IMG/VR virus record: IMGVR_UViG_3300033072_000529
Length of the DNA stretch: 64,000 nucleotides
From: a virus
Lineage: Duplodnaviria; Caudoviricetes
Strand: one strand, 5' to 3'
Of this stretch, positions 1 through 8,866 are shown piece after piece (positions within the stretch are counted from its first letter, which is position 1; each line of letters starts with the position of its first letter). Under the pieces are notes generated by a model that ran no database searches, had not been told where the DNA came from, and saw nothing but the letters and a program-made list of their open reading frames with translations. The position numbers were made by a program, and so were the translations under genes.

Positions 1-54
1 AGAATTTTTCGATATAATTCATAGAATTTTTCGATATAATTCACAGAATTTTTC
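1..54. repeat. 22-bp tandem repeat AGAATTTTTCGATATAATTCA(T/C), about 2.5 copies, may continue off the left edge
   Basis: Copies start at 1, 23 and 45 (third partial); no spacers between copies. Confidence 0.85.
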
Positions 55-57
55 GGA

Positions 58-85
58 TTGACAAAGTGTATAAAGGAGGTAATAT
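58..85 (+). promoter_or_regulatory. sigma70-type early promoter
   Basis: TTGACA(58-63)-16 bp-TAATAT(80-85), 9 nt before ATG 95; same 16-bp spacing as the downstream promoter family. Confidence 0.5.
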
Positions 86-94
86 AAGGGTATC

Positions 95-283
95 ATGGAT
101 AAACTTGATACACTATTGGAGTCCTTGGAGACGTTGATTGCAGATCGCATTAAGAACGCCTATAATAGGGGTGTATGTCATGGGGATAGTGATAAGCTTC
201 TGGAATCAGAACTGGAGGCGGAGGATGCAATCCTTGCTACCAAACAAGAAGAATTGATGGATCAAATCTTTAATTGCGTATAA
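95..283 (+). CDS. small acidic hypothetical protein
   Basis: 62-aa ORF directly after promoter. Confidence 0.6.
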   Translation: MDKLDTLLESLETLIADRIKNAYNRGVCHGDSDKLLESELEAEDAILATKQEELMDQIFNCV

Positions 284-288
284 ATCAT

Positions 289-489
289 ATGGTAAACATT
301 CTAGACATACTAACGCCGGATGAATTGTTTTATAAACCATCCTTGGAAGAATGCTTGAAAAAGCAAAAGGTATGGACACGTTACATACGTCTATTGACAA
401 GGATGTATGATAAAGCCGTTCAAATGGATAATGAACTGGCTGTGCGATGTCATGGGATGAAAAACGGGAGGATGCTTCATACTTGTTAA
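289..489 (+). CDS. small hypothetical protein
   Basis: ORF track 274-489; ATG 289 follows the previous stop by 5 nt. Confidence 0.45.
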   Translation: MVNILDILTPDELFYKPSLEECLKKQKVWTRYIRLLTRMYDKAVQMDNELAVRCHGMKNGRMLHTC

Positions 490-573
490 ATGGTTTGAAG
501 TATCATACTGAATCAATGCGTTCTAACTGAATGATTCATAATGAGGGGGAATAAGAAAAGAATTAAAAATGAT

Positions 574-601
574 TTGATTGGTAGTCGATAAGGTTTATAC
601 T
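574..601 (+). promoter_or_regulatory. early promoter, repeat family copy 1
   Basis: TTGATT-16 bp-TATACT with GATAAGGTT before the -10; ATG 610 is 8 nt downstream. Confidence 0.7.
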
Positions 602-609
602 ACTGGAAG

Positions 610-750
610 ATGAAGACTAAACTGGAACTGGAACTGGAATACGTAGAAGCCAAAAAGCATTTCGAAGCTACTGGCGACTATGGCTGGATGGCCAGCGTAG
701 CCTATGCGTTGCATGCAAAGCACTACGCTGGAGAAAATGAATCAAAATAA
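610..750 (+). CDS. 46-aa hypothetical early protein (MKTKLELELEYVEAKKHF...), below the ORF-track cutoff
   Basis: Translated by hand; fills the space between two promoter copies, its stop lying in the UP element of the next. Confidence 0.7.
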   Translation: MKTKLELELEYVEAKKHFEATGDYGWMASVAYALHAKHYAGENESK

Positions 751-781
751 GATTTGATCCGCTCCAGATATCGTTTATAAT
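745..781 (+). promoter_or_regulatory. early promoter, copy 2
   Basis: AAATAAGAT-TTGATC-16 bp-TATAAT; 37-bp near-identical to 1052-1088. Confidence 0.8.
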
Positions 782-790
782 GTTTGCCTT

Positions 791-1057
791 ATGAGATCGA
801 AAAAATGGTTTATGAAAGAACTGGCAAACGTGACACGGTTGACACATTCCAATGAATGGTCTTTGTCTCAGTATGAGATGGAAAGACTACGGGCACGGGA
901 TGAAGCGGATGATGAAGAAGAATATGATCGCGAAAATCGCGAACTGGAATACTTCTATAAGGTGGGCAAACTACGACAACATAAACGGTCGTTAGAGAAA
1001 CGATATGCTCGCCTTGTCGCCTTGCTTGAAACCAATCTGCCAAAAAAACTGAAATAA
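791..1057 (+). CDS. charged, coiled-coil hypothetical early protein
   Basis: 88-aa ORF, ATG 9 nt after TATAAT. Confidence 0.7.
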   Translation: MRSKKWFMKELANVTRLTHSNEWSLSQYEMERLRARDEADDEEEYDRENRELEYFYKVGKLRQHKRSLEKRYARLVALLETNLPKKLK

Positions 1058-1088
1058 GATTTGATCCTCTCCAGATATCGTTTATAAT
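1052..1088 (+). promoter_or_regulatory. early promoter, copy 3
   Basis: AAATAAGAT-TTGATC-16 bp-TATAAT, one mismatch to copy 2. Confidence 0.8.
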
Positions 1089-1125
1089 CCCCCTGTCAGT
1101 AGAACATCACAAAAACAAATAGACT

Positions 1126-2148
1126 ATGGAAATCAATCCTTGCTTTGCACACATTGTCGGCCAAACGAACGCTAAACGCCAGTTGTCCCTTTCCATTGCA
1201 CAAGTATCCCATGGCGGGGATATGCTGTCCCCTTTCCTGAAAGGGGCACGTGGTACGGGCAAAACAGCGATTACGCAAGCCTATATCACAGGACTCAAAA
1301 AGGCATGGGAAGAACGTGGCGAACCTCTCCATGACTCCGCTGTGCTGTGGTTTGATTCGCCTAATGAATTTCGTCTGTCAGACTCTGCCCATTGGTCGGA
1401 TATCCGCCGTTGGTTCCTTATGGAAGGGCCGGGCATCCTGGTGATCGACGAATGTCACGAATGGAGCAACACGGTGCAACATGCCACTATTCAAAGCGCC
1501 ATTCGCAAGGCTCTTGATCGCCAGACTGGCGAGGGGCTGAAACCGTTCAAAGATGACGAATATCTGTACTTCACGCGTCGCGAAAAGTGCATTGTATTTC
1601 TCACGAACCACGACGACAAGGTAGATTCTGCCATTGCCTCGCGCTTTTCGTCCATCGACTTGGCCCGTTATTCCCTGCCCGAAATGCGGCAGATCATCGG
1701 AAACATATTCGTTAAAAACGAATATGAGGCTGAAAATGAAACCGTCATTGACCTGATTGCACGTGCTGCCCGTGGCGTAGTGCGGGGAGTAGTCGATAAC
1801 ATGATCCGCGATGGAATCAAGCCCCTACTGGCAACCAAGGGCACCAATGTTGTCACCTTTGAAACCGCTGTTAATGCCATGGTGATGAAATCTGTCTTCC
1901 CCCGTGGCTTGCACGTGTATGAAGTCGATTGTTTGCAGACCCTGGAGACAGGGACACGGGAAGGGAAGCCAGCCATGGACAAAAGCGAAATCCTGACGGC
2001 TGTTCCTGACATGGCCAATCACTGGCGCTCCTCCGCTGCTTTCCTCGCTTTTGACAAGCTGGCAGTCCCTACTGCCAAGGGATTGGCAATCACAGCTAAG
2101 GGTGTGCAATATCTCCGCATGATCCGTGATTATCAATTCATTGAATAG
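1126..2148 (+). CDS. ruvB: RuvB-like AAA+ ATPase (Holliday-junction branch-migration family)
   Basis: F..IVGQ..AK.QL N-terminus, Walker A GARGTGKT, Walker B LVIDECH, Arg finger ASRF, Y...E...I, ARG..R sensor 2, C-terminal T.KG..IT.KG..YL winged-helix end. Confidence 0.75.
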   Translation: MEINPCFAHIVGQTNAKRQLSLSIAQVSHGGDMLSPFLKGARGTGKTAITQAYITGLKKAWEERGEPLHDSAVLWFDSPNEFRLSDSAHWSDIRRWFLMEGPGILVIDECHEWSNTVQHATIQSAIRKALDRQTGEGLKPFKDDEYLYFTRREKCIVFLTNHDDKVDSAIASRFSSIDLARYSLPEMRQIIGNIFVKNEYEAENETVIDLIARAARGVVRGVVDNMIRDGIKPLLATKGTNVVTFETAVNAMVMKSVFPRGLHVYEVDCLQTLETGTREGKPAMDKSEILTAVPDMANHWRSSAAFLAFDKLAVPTAKGLAITAKGVQYLRMIRDYQFIE

Positions 2149-2162
2149 CGCAAAATAAACTC

Positions 2163-2190
2163 TTGCGCTTTCGGATAAATCGTTTATAAT
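2163..2190 (+). promoter_or_regulatory. early promoter, copy 4
   Basis: TTGCGC-16 bp-TATAAT with GATAAATCGTT before the -10 and AAAATAAA upstream. Confidence 0.7.
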
Positions 2191-2269
2191 CTCCAAGTAA
2201 GGTTCAATCCCTTTCATTCAGTAGCCAAACAAAATCGAAAATCAGTCAAACATACACCGCCAAAAACAT

Positions 2270-2788
2270 ATGCTTAACGTAACGCTCACTATCACACTTG
2301 CTCAGCTTCGCGATATGATTTCCCAGGTAGGGGAAGAACCGACGTTTGCCCTTATCGGCAGTTTCTACACTCGCTGCCGGGATGCTGGCATTCCCGTTGC
2401 CTCCACTCCCCCCGCACGTGTCCCCAACGTGTCCCCCTCGGCACCTGCTACCCCGCCCCCCGCCCCCGTTATCGGGCCGTTTGAATCCTGCTATCTGCGC
2501 CTTTCGGGCAATTCCCGTATGCGTCATTCCCGCACGGATATTTCCCGCGAAGCTTGTGCCTTGGCGTTCATTCGTGAGAAATATGCCTTTGCACTCACCC
2601 CTAGTGGCACAATCAAGCCAGAATTCGCTGGCACCGTGGCACCTGCTACTACGGCACCTGCAAGCGAGGGTGAAACGGTCTATGATTCTGCCCAGGAAAG
2701 CGAATCACTCCCCGCCCCTGAAACGGTGGACTTGGCAGCTGTATATGCTGCCCCCTATGATCCCGCCACCGTAGCGGCTGGCGAATAA
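2270..2788 (+). CDS. Pro/Ala-rich hypothetical early protein
   Basis: 172-aa ORF between promoter and terminator; acidic low-complexity tail. Confidence 0.7.
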   Translation: MLNVTLTITLAQLRDMISQVGEEPTFALIGSFYTRCRDAGIPVASTPPARVPNVSPSAPATPPPAPVIGPFESCYLRLSGNSRMRHSRTDISREACALAFIREKYAFALTPSGTIKPEFAGTVAPATTAPASEGETVYDSAQESESLPAPETVDLAAVYAAPYDPATVAAGE

Positions 2789-2804
2789 ACAACCAAGTCA
2801 AACG

Positions 2805-2840
2805 CCCCTAAGGATGAAATTTCATCCTTAGGGGTTTTTT
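2805..2840 (+). terminator. intrinsic terminator (perfect 30-bp palindrome + T6)
   Basis: CCCCTAAGGATGAAA/TTTCATCCTTAGGGG followed by TTTTTT. Confidence 0.85.
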
Positions 2841-2899
2841 CGTGGAAAATTGCGGGAGTACTAGGTCAGGCCCCTAAGCACCCAGCCCAGCAAATGCAA

Positions 2900-3110
2900 C
2901 ATATACATAAAGTCATACATCTTTATACAAGTCATACATCCTTCACATTTATATAAAAATATAAAATTACCTACCTTATTTTATATTTTTTTTTTACTAA
3001 AAATCGAAAATAAAATCTACCTCGAAAATAAAAAATTTTTTATAATATAAAAATAGTTTTTACCCATCGGAGACAGGCATCCTAAAGTTTATAAAGTTCG
3101 AGATTTATGA
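2900..3110. other. very AT-rich non-coding tract with short direct repeats
   Basis: AAGTCATACATC x2, TCGAAAATAAAA x2, poly-T run; no ORF. Confidence 0.5.
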
Positions 3111-3114
3111 TTTA

Positions 3115-3936
3115 TTAGTATTTAAGTTTTTTGCCACCTGGGAGGGTTAGTTTAGGATCAGGTATTTTATATATGTCGGAGTATTTTTTGGCTTTAGCTT
3201 TTGATCCAGGGGATATTGCATAGGCAAGGGGATCAGATATGACATAAGTCCCATCGGATCGTTTCATAATGTTTGCATCATGTAAATCAAGATCACCCAT
3301 AGTATTTCCTACAGTTTTGTATTCATCCATATGATTACGTAGGAAATCGATATCATTTAATAGTTGTAGGACATTAGGATTATTTGTGGGTAAGGTATTG
3401 TTGATTTTATGGTCCCTGATTGTCTCGTATTTGGCGATATCATTGTATATATATGATGCATCATTGCCTCCGTCGATATATCCTTTATATTCTGCAATGA
3501 TATCATTTAATTGTTCAATAGTATACTCGTATTTTATATTCAAGCATTGTTCAATTATATTGAACTGTTGTTTGGATAGGTGTACTAATTTTTCGATTTT
3601 GAGATAATATAGGGATTCCTCTACTAGGCTGCGCATGAACCGGGGATATATTTTACGGGGTTTGTCATAGAATTTAGGAAACGAAGGGCGGGGATTTTGT
3701 AGTACAAATCTAACGAAGCGTAGGTATGCGATATCTTGTTTAAATAGTTTCAGGACATAGTTCCAAGAGGGGTGATCTAATACCATGGCGAATGCTCCTT
3801 TGCCTGCTACCTTACCGCCGTGTTTTTTAAACCTTAATAGGATTTCATCTAGATATAAATCATCATTGGCAGGATTAAGTAATATATCCTGTATGGTCGT
3901 GGTTTCAGATATTAGGAAGAAGTCAAGGAAATTCAT
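3115..3936 (-). CDS. T7 gp0.7-like Ser/Thr protein kinase with internal-protein-type leader (paralog 1)
   Basis: GKGAF glycine loop, HP...VLK, catalytic DLHDANIM, VISDP; N-terminus MNFLDFFLISE. Confidence 0.8.
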   Translation of the reverse strand: MNFLDFFLISETTTIQDILLNPANDDLYLDEILLRFKKHGGKVAGKGAFAMVLDHPSWNYVLKLFKQDIAYLRFVRFVLQNPRPSFPKFYDKPRKIYPRFMRSLVEESLYYLKIEKLVHLSKQQFNIIEQCLNIKYEYTIEQLNDIIAEYKGYIDGGNDASYIYNDIAKYETIRDHKINNTLPTNNPNVLQLLNDIDFLRNHMDEYKTVGNTMGDLDLHDANIMKRSDGTYVISDPLAYAISPGSKAKAKKYSDIYKIPDPKLTLPGGKKLKY

Positions 3937-3944
3937 ATATATGA

Positions 3945-4766
3945 TTAGTATTTAAGTTTTTTGCCACCTGGGAGGTATGGTTTATATGAGGGGCTACTGT
4001 ATGCTGTCATCATTCTTTTTTGTTGGATATGTTCTCCTGAGTGATTAGCATGGGCAACAGGATCAGTTATTACATAAGACCCATTGGGGCGTACCATGAT
4101 ATTTTGGTTATGCATATCGAAATGTCCCATGGTGTTATCTGCAATCGGGTATTCTTCCACGGTCTGTTCCAAGAACTCCCAATCTTGTATCAATTGCTCT
4201 ATATGTTTGGATGCATTAGGTATAGTTCCATTTTCTAAATGCTGTTTGATTTCTTTATAATATTGTAAATCTTTTATTAGGGGACTGAATCCTTCAATAT
4301 GTTCCAGGTCTTGTTCCAATTTTCTTATTAGACGATTTATTTCTCGTAGATCGTATTCGTTTCTAATATCATATGCCATTCGGATATCGGTATATTCTTT
4401 ATGAGTTAGAGGTACTAGTTTTTCGATTTTGAGATAATATACTGCTTCATCTATTATAGGTCTACTATAACGAGGGTATATTTTACGGGGTTTATCATAG
4501 AATTTCGGAAAAGATGGTCGAGGATTTTGAAGTACAAATCTGACGAAGCGTAGATATGCAACATCATCAGTGAATATCTTCAAGACGTAATTCCAAGACG
4601 GATGATCTAATACGGTGGAGAAAGCACCAGTGTTATATACTTTACCGCCATGCTGTTTAAATACTCGTAGTATATCATCTAGTGCAATGTTATCATTGTC
4701 AGGATTCAACAGTATATCCTGTAAGGTAGTAGTCTCAGATAAAAGGAAGAAATCTAGGAAAGTCAT
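3945..4766 (-). CDS. T7 gp0.7-like Ser/Thr protein kinase with internal-protein-type leader (paralog 2)
   Basis: TGAFS, VLK, FDMHNQNIM...ITDPV (T7 gp0.7 recalled as FDMHSGNIM...ITDPV); N-terminus MTFLDFFLLSE. Confidence 0.8.
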   Translation of the reverse strand: MTFLDFFLLSETTTLQDILLNPDNDNIALDDILRVFKQHGGKVYNTGAFSTVLDHPSWNYVLKIFTDDVAYLRFVRFVLQNPRPSFPKFYDKPRKIYPRYSRPIIDEAVYYLKIEKLVPLTHKEYTDIRMAYDIRNEYDLREINRLIRKLEQDLEHIEGFSPLIKDLQYYKEIKQHLENGTIPNASKHIEQLIQDWEFLEQTVEEYPIADNTMGHFDMHNQNIMVRPNGSYVITDPVAHANHSGEHIQQKRMMTAYSSPSYKPYLPGGKKLKY

Positions 4767-4818
4767 ATACGATTAATGTATTTAATTACTTTTTAGAGAA
4801 GTATAAATATGATGATAT

Positions 4819-5769
4819 ATGATTAGCCCCAAAGAAAGTTTTCTGGATTTTTGGATCAATTACAACGTGATTCAAGAAAGAAAAGATGCTGAATATATTA
4901 CTAATGCTAAACAATGGGTAGATGAATGGGTGGATTGGGTGCATCATAAATTACCTAGAATAACACAATCAGTATATAATTATCGCAGCATAATACGTAA
5001 TAAAGAATATAGTGAGGATGATAAATCGTTTAGATATAATTCTCTAAAAAATACTATATATGATATGCGTCGATCTATATTTGGTATGGTTGACTTTCGG
5101 TATAATGCCGATTTAGCGGATGATCATATAGGGGGCGAGTATGATGCCGGTAAAGATCGAATTATAATGATTGATAATTTTGTGCACAATGCATTGCTTA
5201 GATTACAGAAATTAATGCTTGCATATATGCAACCCATACCTCGAACCGACGATAAACTATCAGCGGCTCAAATCAAAGAGGAACTTAGAACCTTAACAGA
5301 TAAAATCATTGCTCGAATATCTTCCAATCTATTCCGAAGTGTATTATTACATGAATATATTCATTCCATTCAAGATACTTTTTATAAGAAAGGTCACACG
5401 ACTATACAGGATAATGGTGATAATTGGACTGCCATAGAAGCCAAGAAAGCGGAGTTGTGGAAGAAGTGGAAGAGTAAAGTAGAAGCAGGAGAGTTAGAAT
5501 TAACTACAGCCATTCAGCTATATAATCAAGAATTACAGAAATGGGAACTGAGTAGATATTATAATGATCAACAAGAAGTTAATGCATATGTTCTACATAG
5601 TATATATGCTGTGGCAGATGGGGAGGATGTGTCTCAATTAAGTTTCCCTATTTTTAGGGCTAAGGTATTGGGTAAATTGGCCCGTACTCATAAAGAGGTA
5701 TTATCCAAGAAGAATAAAAAACGGATAGATAAACGTTTATATGATTATTGGTTGAAGACACAAGATTAG
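4819..5769 (+). CDS. putative zinc metallopeptidase (zincin) with leader
   Basis: G.Y motif, LLHEYIHSIQ, downstream YY...QEVNAY third ligand; ESFLDFW...IQE leader; TATAAATA upstream. Confidence 0.7.
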   Translation: MISPKESFLDFWINYNVIQERKDAEYITNAKQWVDEWVDWVHHKLPRITQSVYNYRSIIRNKEYSEDDKSFRYNSLKNTIYDMRRSIFGMVDFRYNADLADDHIGGEYDAGKDRIIMIDNFVHNALLRLQKLMLAYMQPIPRTDDKLSAAQIKEELRTLTDKIIARISSNLFRSVLLHEYIHSIQDTFYKKGHTTIQDNGDNWTAIEAKKAELWKKWKSKVEAGELELTTAIQLYNQELQKWELSRYYNDQQEVNAYVLHSIYAVADGEDVSQLSFPIFRAKVLGKLARTHKEVLSKKNKKRIDKRLYDYWLKTQD

Positions 5770-5788
5770 AATTACAGTAAATAATCAT

Positions 5789-7708
5789 ATGTCCTTTTTA
5801 GATTTCTATATGTCATATACGCCCTTATGGGAAAGCAGTATATATGATGATATAGGTGATGCTGCTAATAGTAGAGAATTATGGCAGATGGCTAAGGATA
5901 TGCGGGCGCATCCGTCTGACTATGCTGATAAATTCAATTTTGTGGATATGTTATGGGGTAATACTAACTCCTATACAGTATATCCATCCGATGATGGTAA
6001 ATCGGTGATTTATAAACAAATATATAAAGACTCTAAAACTTATATACCTTCATCATATGATCAACCGGATAAAAATATAGTAGCTAAACTTAGTAAGAAA
6101 AATATAGAAAAAGCGGTTCATGTTATTGTGGATTTATATAATGATCGACTTATGACCATATGGACTAAGCAGATTCAGATTGCTAAAAATAAAATCAAGC
6201 AACTTCGTAAAGATTGGGTAGATGATTTACCACAATTAAGAAAAGAAGCTACATCGGAAGAGGAATACTTGGCACAGAAAAAGGCACTACAGAAAATATA
6301 TAGAAAATCATACATCACACAAGAGAAAGCCTTAAACATCGCCACACAATTAAAAGATAAATGGACTAAAGATTATTATCCTAAACTTAAGAGTAATACG
6401 TTTGATGATATATGGGCACTATCATCTAAAGGTACTATACTTATGAATAATACTAATAAAATACCGGGTTATCCACAAGGGTTTAATAGTATATCAATGG
6501 ATATGAATAACATGTATGATGATTGGAATCGTATCATATTCCAGCCTGAACTTTTTTTCGATGATACTGATTATTCAAATACGGAATCATATGGAGACTT
6601 CGATGCTAGTAAAGGAGCATCCTATGAATTCACAAAATATTTGAAGGCTAATTTTCGAGATATAACAAAAACCCCTGCAATAAAATTACCATTACCCCGT
6701 GAGCCTTTAACAGATAAGGAATGGTATAAAATATTCAAAGAAAACAATATAACAACTTCATATATATATGAAATATTAATTCAAACAAAATATGATTCAC
6801 CAGTTCACCCTGAATTAATAGATAAACAATTGAAATTCTTACCGTATAATGTATTACAGAAAATATATATATCTGGTGAATCTCCTGTTAAATTAGCAAT
6901 ACAATCGTGTACTCATCGTAATAAAGGTTGGTTCAGTGAAGGTCCACATGGTGTTATTCATAGTGGTATACAAAACCCTGAATATGGTATACCATATCAA
7001 CCCACAAAAAAAGAAGCTTATAACTGGTTATTATATAACTCTAACAAAGGGAAACAATATGATAATTCGGATGCACGTAATAGTATGACATTATTGAATT
7101 GGCCTAGTTATATGATTAAACTGGCGTGTGAAAAAACCGGAGTGGATTACTTAGACTTAACTGATTCCCAACTATTGTCATTTGCCGATATGTTGGCTTT
7201 ACGATGGTTCTGTTTTAATATAAAAAGCACATTCTGGAATAAAGAAAGAACTGTTCATGGACCTGCTGGTGAATCTAGATTATTTAAACCGTTGGCACAT
7301 GTAGTACATATAACTGGCGCTGATTTACCTAATGGTTTAAAGACATCTCCTGAAAAAGCATTTGAACAATTGAATGAGCGCAAACGTAAAGAACAAGATG
7401 AAAAATATGCAAAAGATGAAGATATTAAATTTGATACGTATCCACAGTATCAGCCATTACCAGGGGTTCAGGTGATAACCAATCAGAAGCAATTGAAAAT
7501 CGAGGGAGAGCGAATGAATCACTGTGTTGGTGGTTACGGGAATTCATGTACCATGGGATCATCGTTAATATTAGCACTACCTAATTCAACGGCTGAACTC
7601 GACCCAAAAACACTTAGAGTATACCAACATTTTGGTATGACTAATTCTGACCCAGATGACTCTGATGTAGAATTACTAAAGCAATGGATCGCCTTGAATA
7701 AGAAATAG
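5789..7708 (+). CDS. putative internal virion protein with C-terminal PcfJ-like domain
   Basis: L..EGERMNHCVGGY...T.EL...Q..G..N; leader MSFLDFY...LWES. Confidence 0.65.
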   Translation: MSFLDFYMSYTPLWESSIYDDIGDAANSRELWQMAKDMRAHPSDYADKFNFVDMLWGNTNSYTVYPSDDGKSVIYKQIYKDSKTYIPSSYDQPDKNIVAKLSKKNIEKAVHVIVDLYNDRLMTIWTKQIQIAKNKIKQLRKDWVDDLPQLRKEATSEEEYLAQKKALQKIYRKSYITQEKALNIATQLKDKWTKDYYPKLKSNTFDDIWALSSKGTILMNNTNKIPGYPQGFNSISMDMNNMYDDWNRIIFQPELFFDDTDYSNTESYGDFDASKGASYEFTKYLKANFRDITKTPAIKLPLPREPLTDKEWYKIFKENNITTSYIYEILIQTKYDSPVHPELIDKQLKFLPYNVLQKIYISGESPVKLAIQSCTHRNKGWFSEGPHGVIHSGIQNPEYGIPYQPTKKEAYNWLLYNSNKGKQYDNSDARNSMTLLNWPSYMIKLACEKTGVDYLDLTDSQLLSFADMLALRWFCFNIKSTFWNKERTVHGPAGESRLFKPLAHVVHITGADLPNGLKTSPEKAFEQLNERKRKEQDEKYAKDEDIKFDTYPQYQPLPGVQVITNQKQLKIEGERMNHCVGGYGNSCTMGSSLILALPNSTAELDPKTLRVYQHFGMTNSDPDDSDVELLKQWIALNKK

Positions 7709-7709
7709 T

Positions 7710-8861
7710 TTATAATTGATCTTGTTGTGCCAATTCTTCTATTTTATGCATATCCCATTCCGGTGCATTTCGGTTGCCATATTGGATTGCATATCGTAGA
7801 TATTTTATGAGTTTTTCAACCTTAGTGTCGGCTTTTTTAATTCCTGCATCTTCGGGAGGAATCATAGCTATAGTTTGCGGGGTTATAGCTGTATAACCAT
7901 TCGTATAATATTGTTTACCTGATTTACCTACGATATGCATCATCAAATTATAGTCTTCCTCGGGATCAGATAATTCTGTGATGGACTTGACTTTACCTCT
8001 TAAAACTATGTTTACATTTAACAGAGTTGATTTGGTATCAGCGCGTATATATGCTTTTAAGTGATCAGCTAAACTGAATATGTATGGGAAATATTTCTCT
8101 TTAGGCTTAGTAACCGCAACACCTTGGGGTTCCGATAACTTATGTTGATTCGGAGAATAGGTTATTATGATATGTCCTTTATCATGCTTATCAAATAGTA
8201 CATACATAGTGCGGTCGGAATCAGTGCCCATCACACCCGTTGATCCGCAGTTTTTCATCAACCCTGCAACTAACTCGCATTTATCTCCTGCATCTATCCA
8301 TCTATACCCATCCGCAAAAGTCAATGCAGGTTCTTTATCTTGAAATATCTTCTTACGATTATATTTCTCAGTTGCATCCTTAAATGATAAATCTTTATAT
8401 TGATTTACATCCGTCACATGTCCTCTCAATATATCTCGAATAAGCGTGTTCTTAAAAAACACATTTTGCCATATCAATTCCTTTATTTCATATAGATATT
8501 GATATTTCTCCTCCGTCATATATTCATCCGTAACCTTATCTGGATCAATATCAATATCTAAATGATTTAATATTTTTATAAACTGCTCCTTATTTAGATT
8601 ATCACATGCCGTATAGGCTTTGACATACTCCGCAATATCGGGGTCTGATCTTCTGAACGAATGAGTTATATGATACCACCACTTGGGGTCTTTCGCAGCA
8701 GACTCTGTATATGTATGATATTCCTTGAACCATCGTGCTATAGTATATGACTTCTCGCCTAATTTGTCATAAAACAATTTAGCTATAATAGGTGGGAATC
8801 CTAAATTGATAACACTCTGTTTGGATTCTAATAAAGGTTGATAATAATCTATAAATCTCAT
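7710..8861 (-). CDS. putative internal virion protein with divergent PcfJ-like domain
   Basis: MKNCG...YVL.D....H......G....KPKEKY.PYI; leader MRFIDYYQPLLES. Confidence 0.55.
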   Translation of the reverse strand: MRFIDYYQPLLESKQSVINLGFPPIIAKLFYDKLGEKSYTIARWFKEYHTYTESAAKDPKWWYHITHSFRRSDPDIAEYVKAYTACDNLNKEQFIKILNHLDIDIDPDKVTDEYMTEEKYQYLYEIKELIWQNVFFKNTLIRDILRGHVTDVNQYKDLSFKDATEKYNRKKIFQDKEPALTFADGYRWIDAGDKCELVAGLMKNCGSTGVMGTDSDRTMYVLFDKHDKGHIIITYSPNQHKLSEPQGVAVTKPKEKYFPYIFSLADHLKAYIRADTKSTLLNVNIVLRGKVKSITELSDPEEDYNLMMHIVGKSGKQYYTNGYTAITPQTIAMIPPEDAGIKKADTKVEKLIKYLRYAIQYGNRNAPEWDMHKIEELAQQDQL

Positions 8862-8866
8862 ATATA

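Noticed and set aside
1-57. CRISPR array
   Set aside because: Repeats are contiguous with no spacers and no cas genes in the window
2199-2213. tRNA gene suggested by the T-arm-like AAGGTTCAATCCCTT
   Set aside because: No acceptor, D or anticodon arms can be folded around it; it lies just after a promoter
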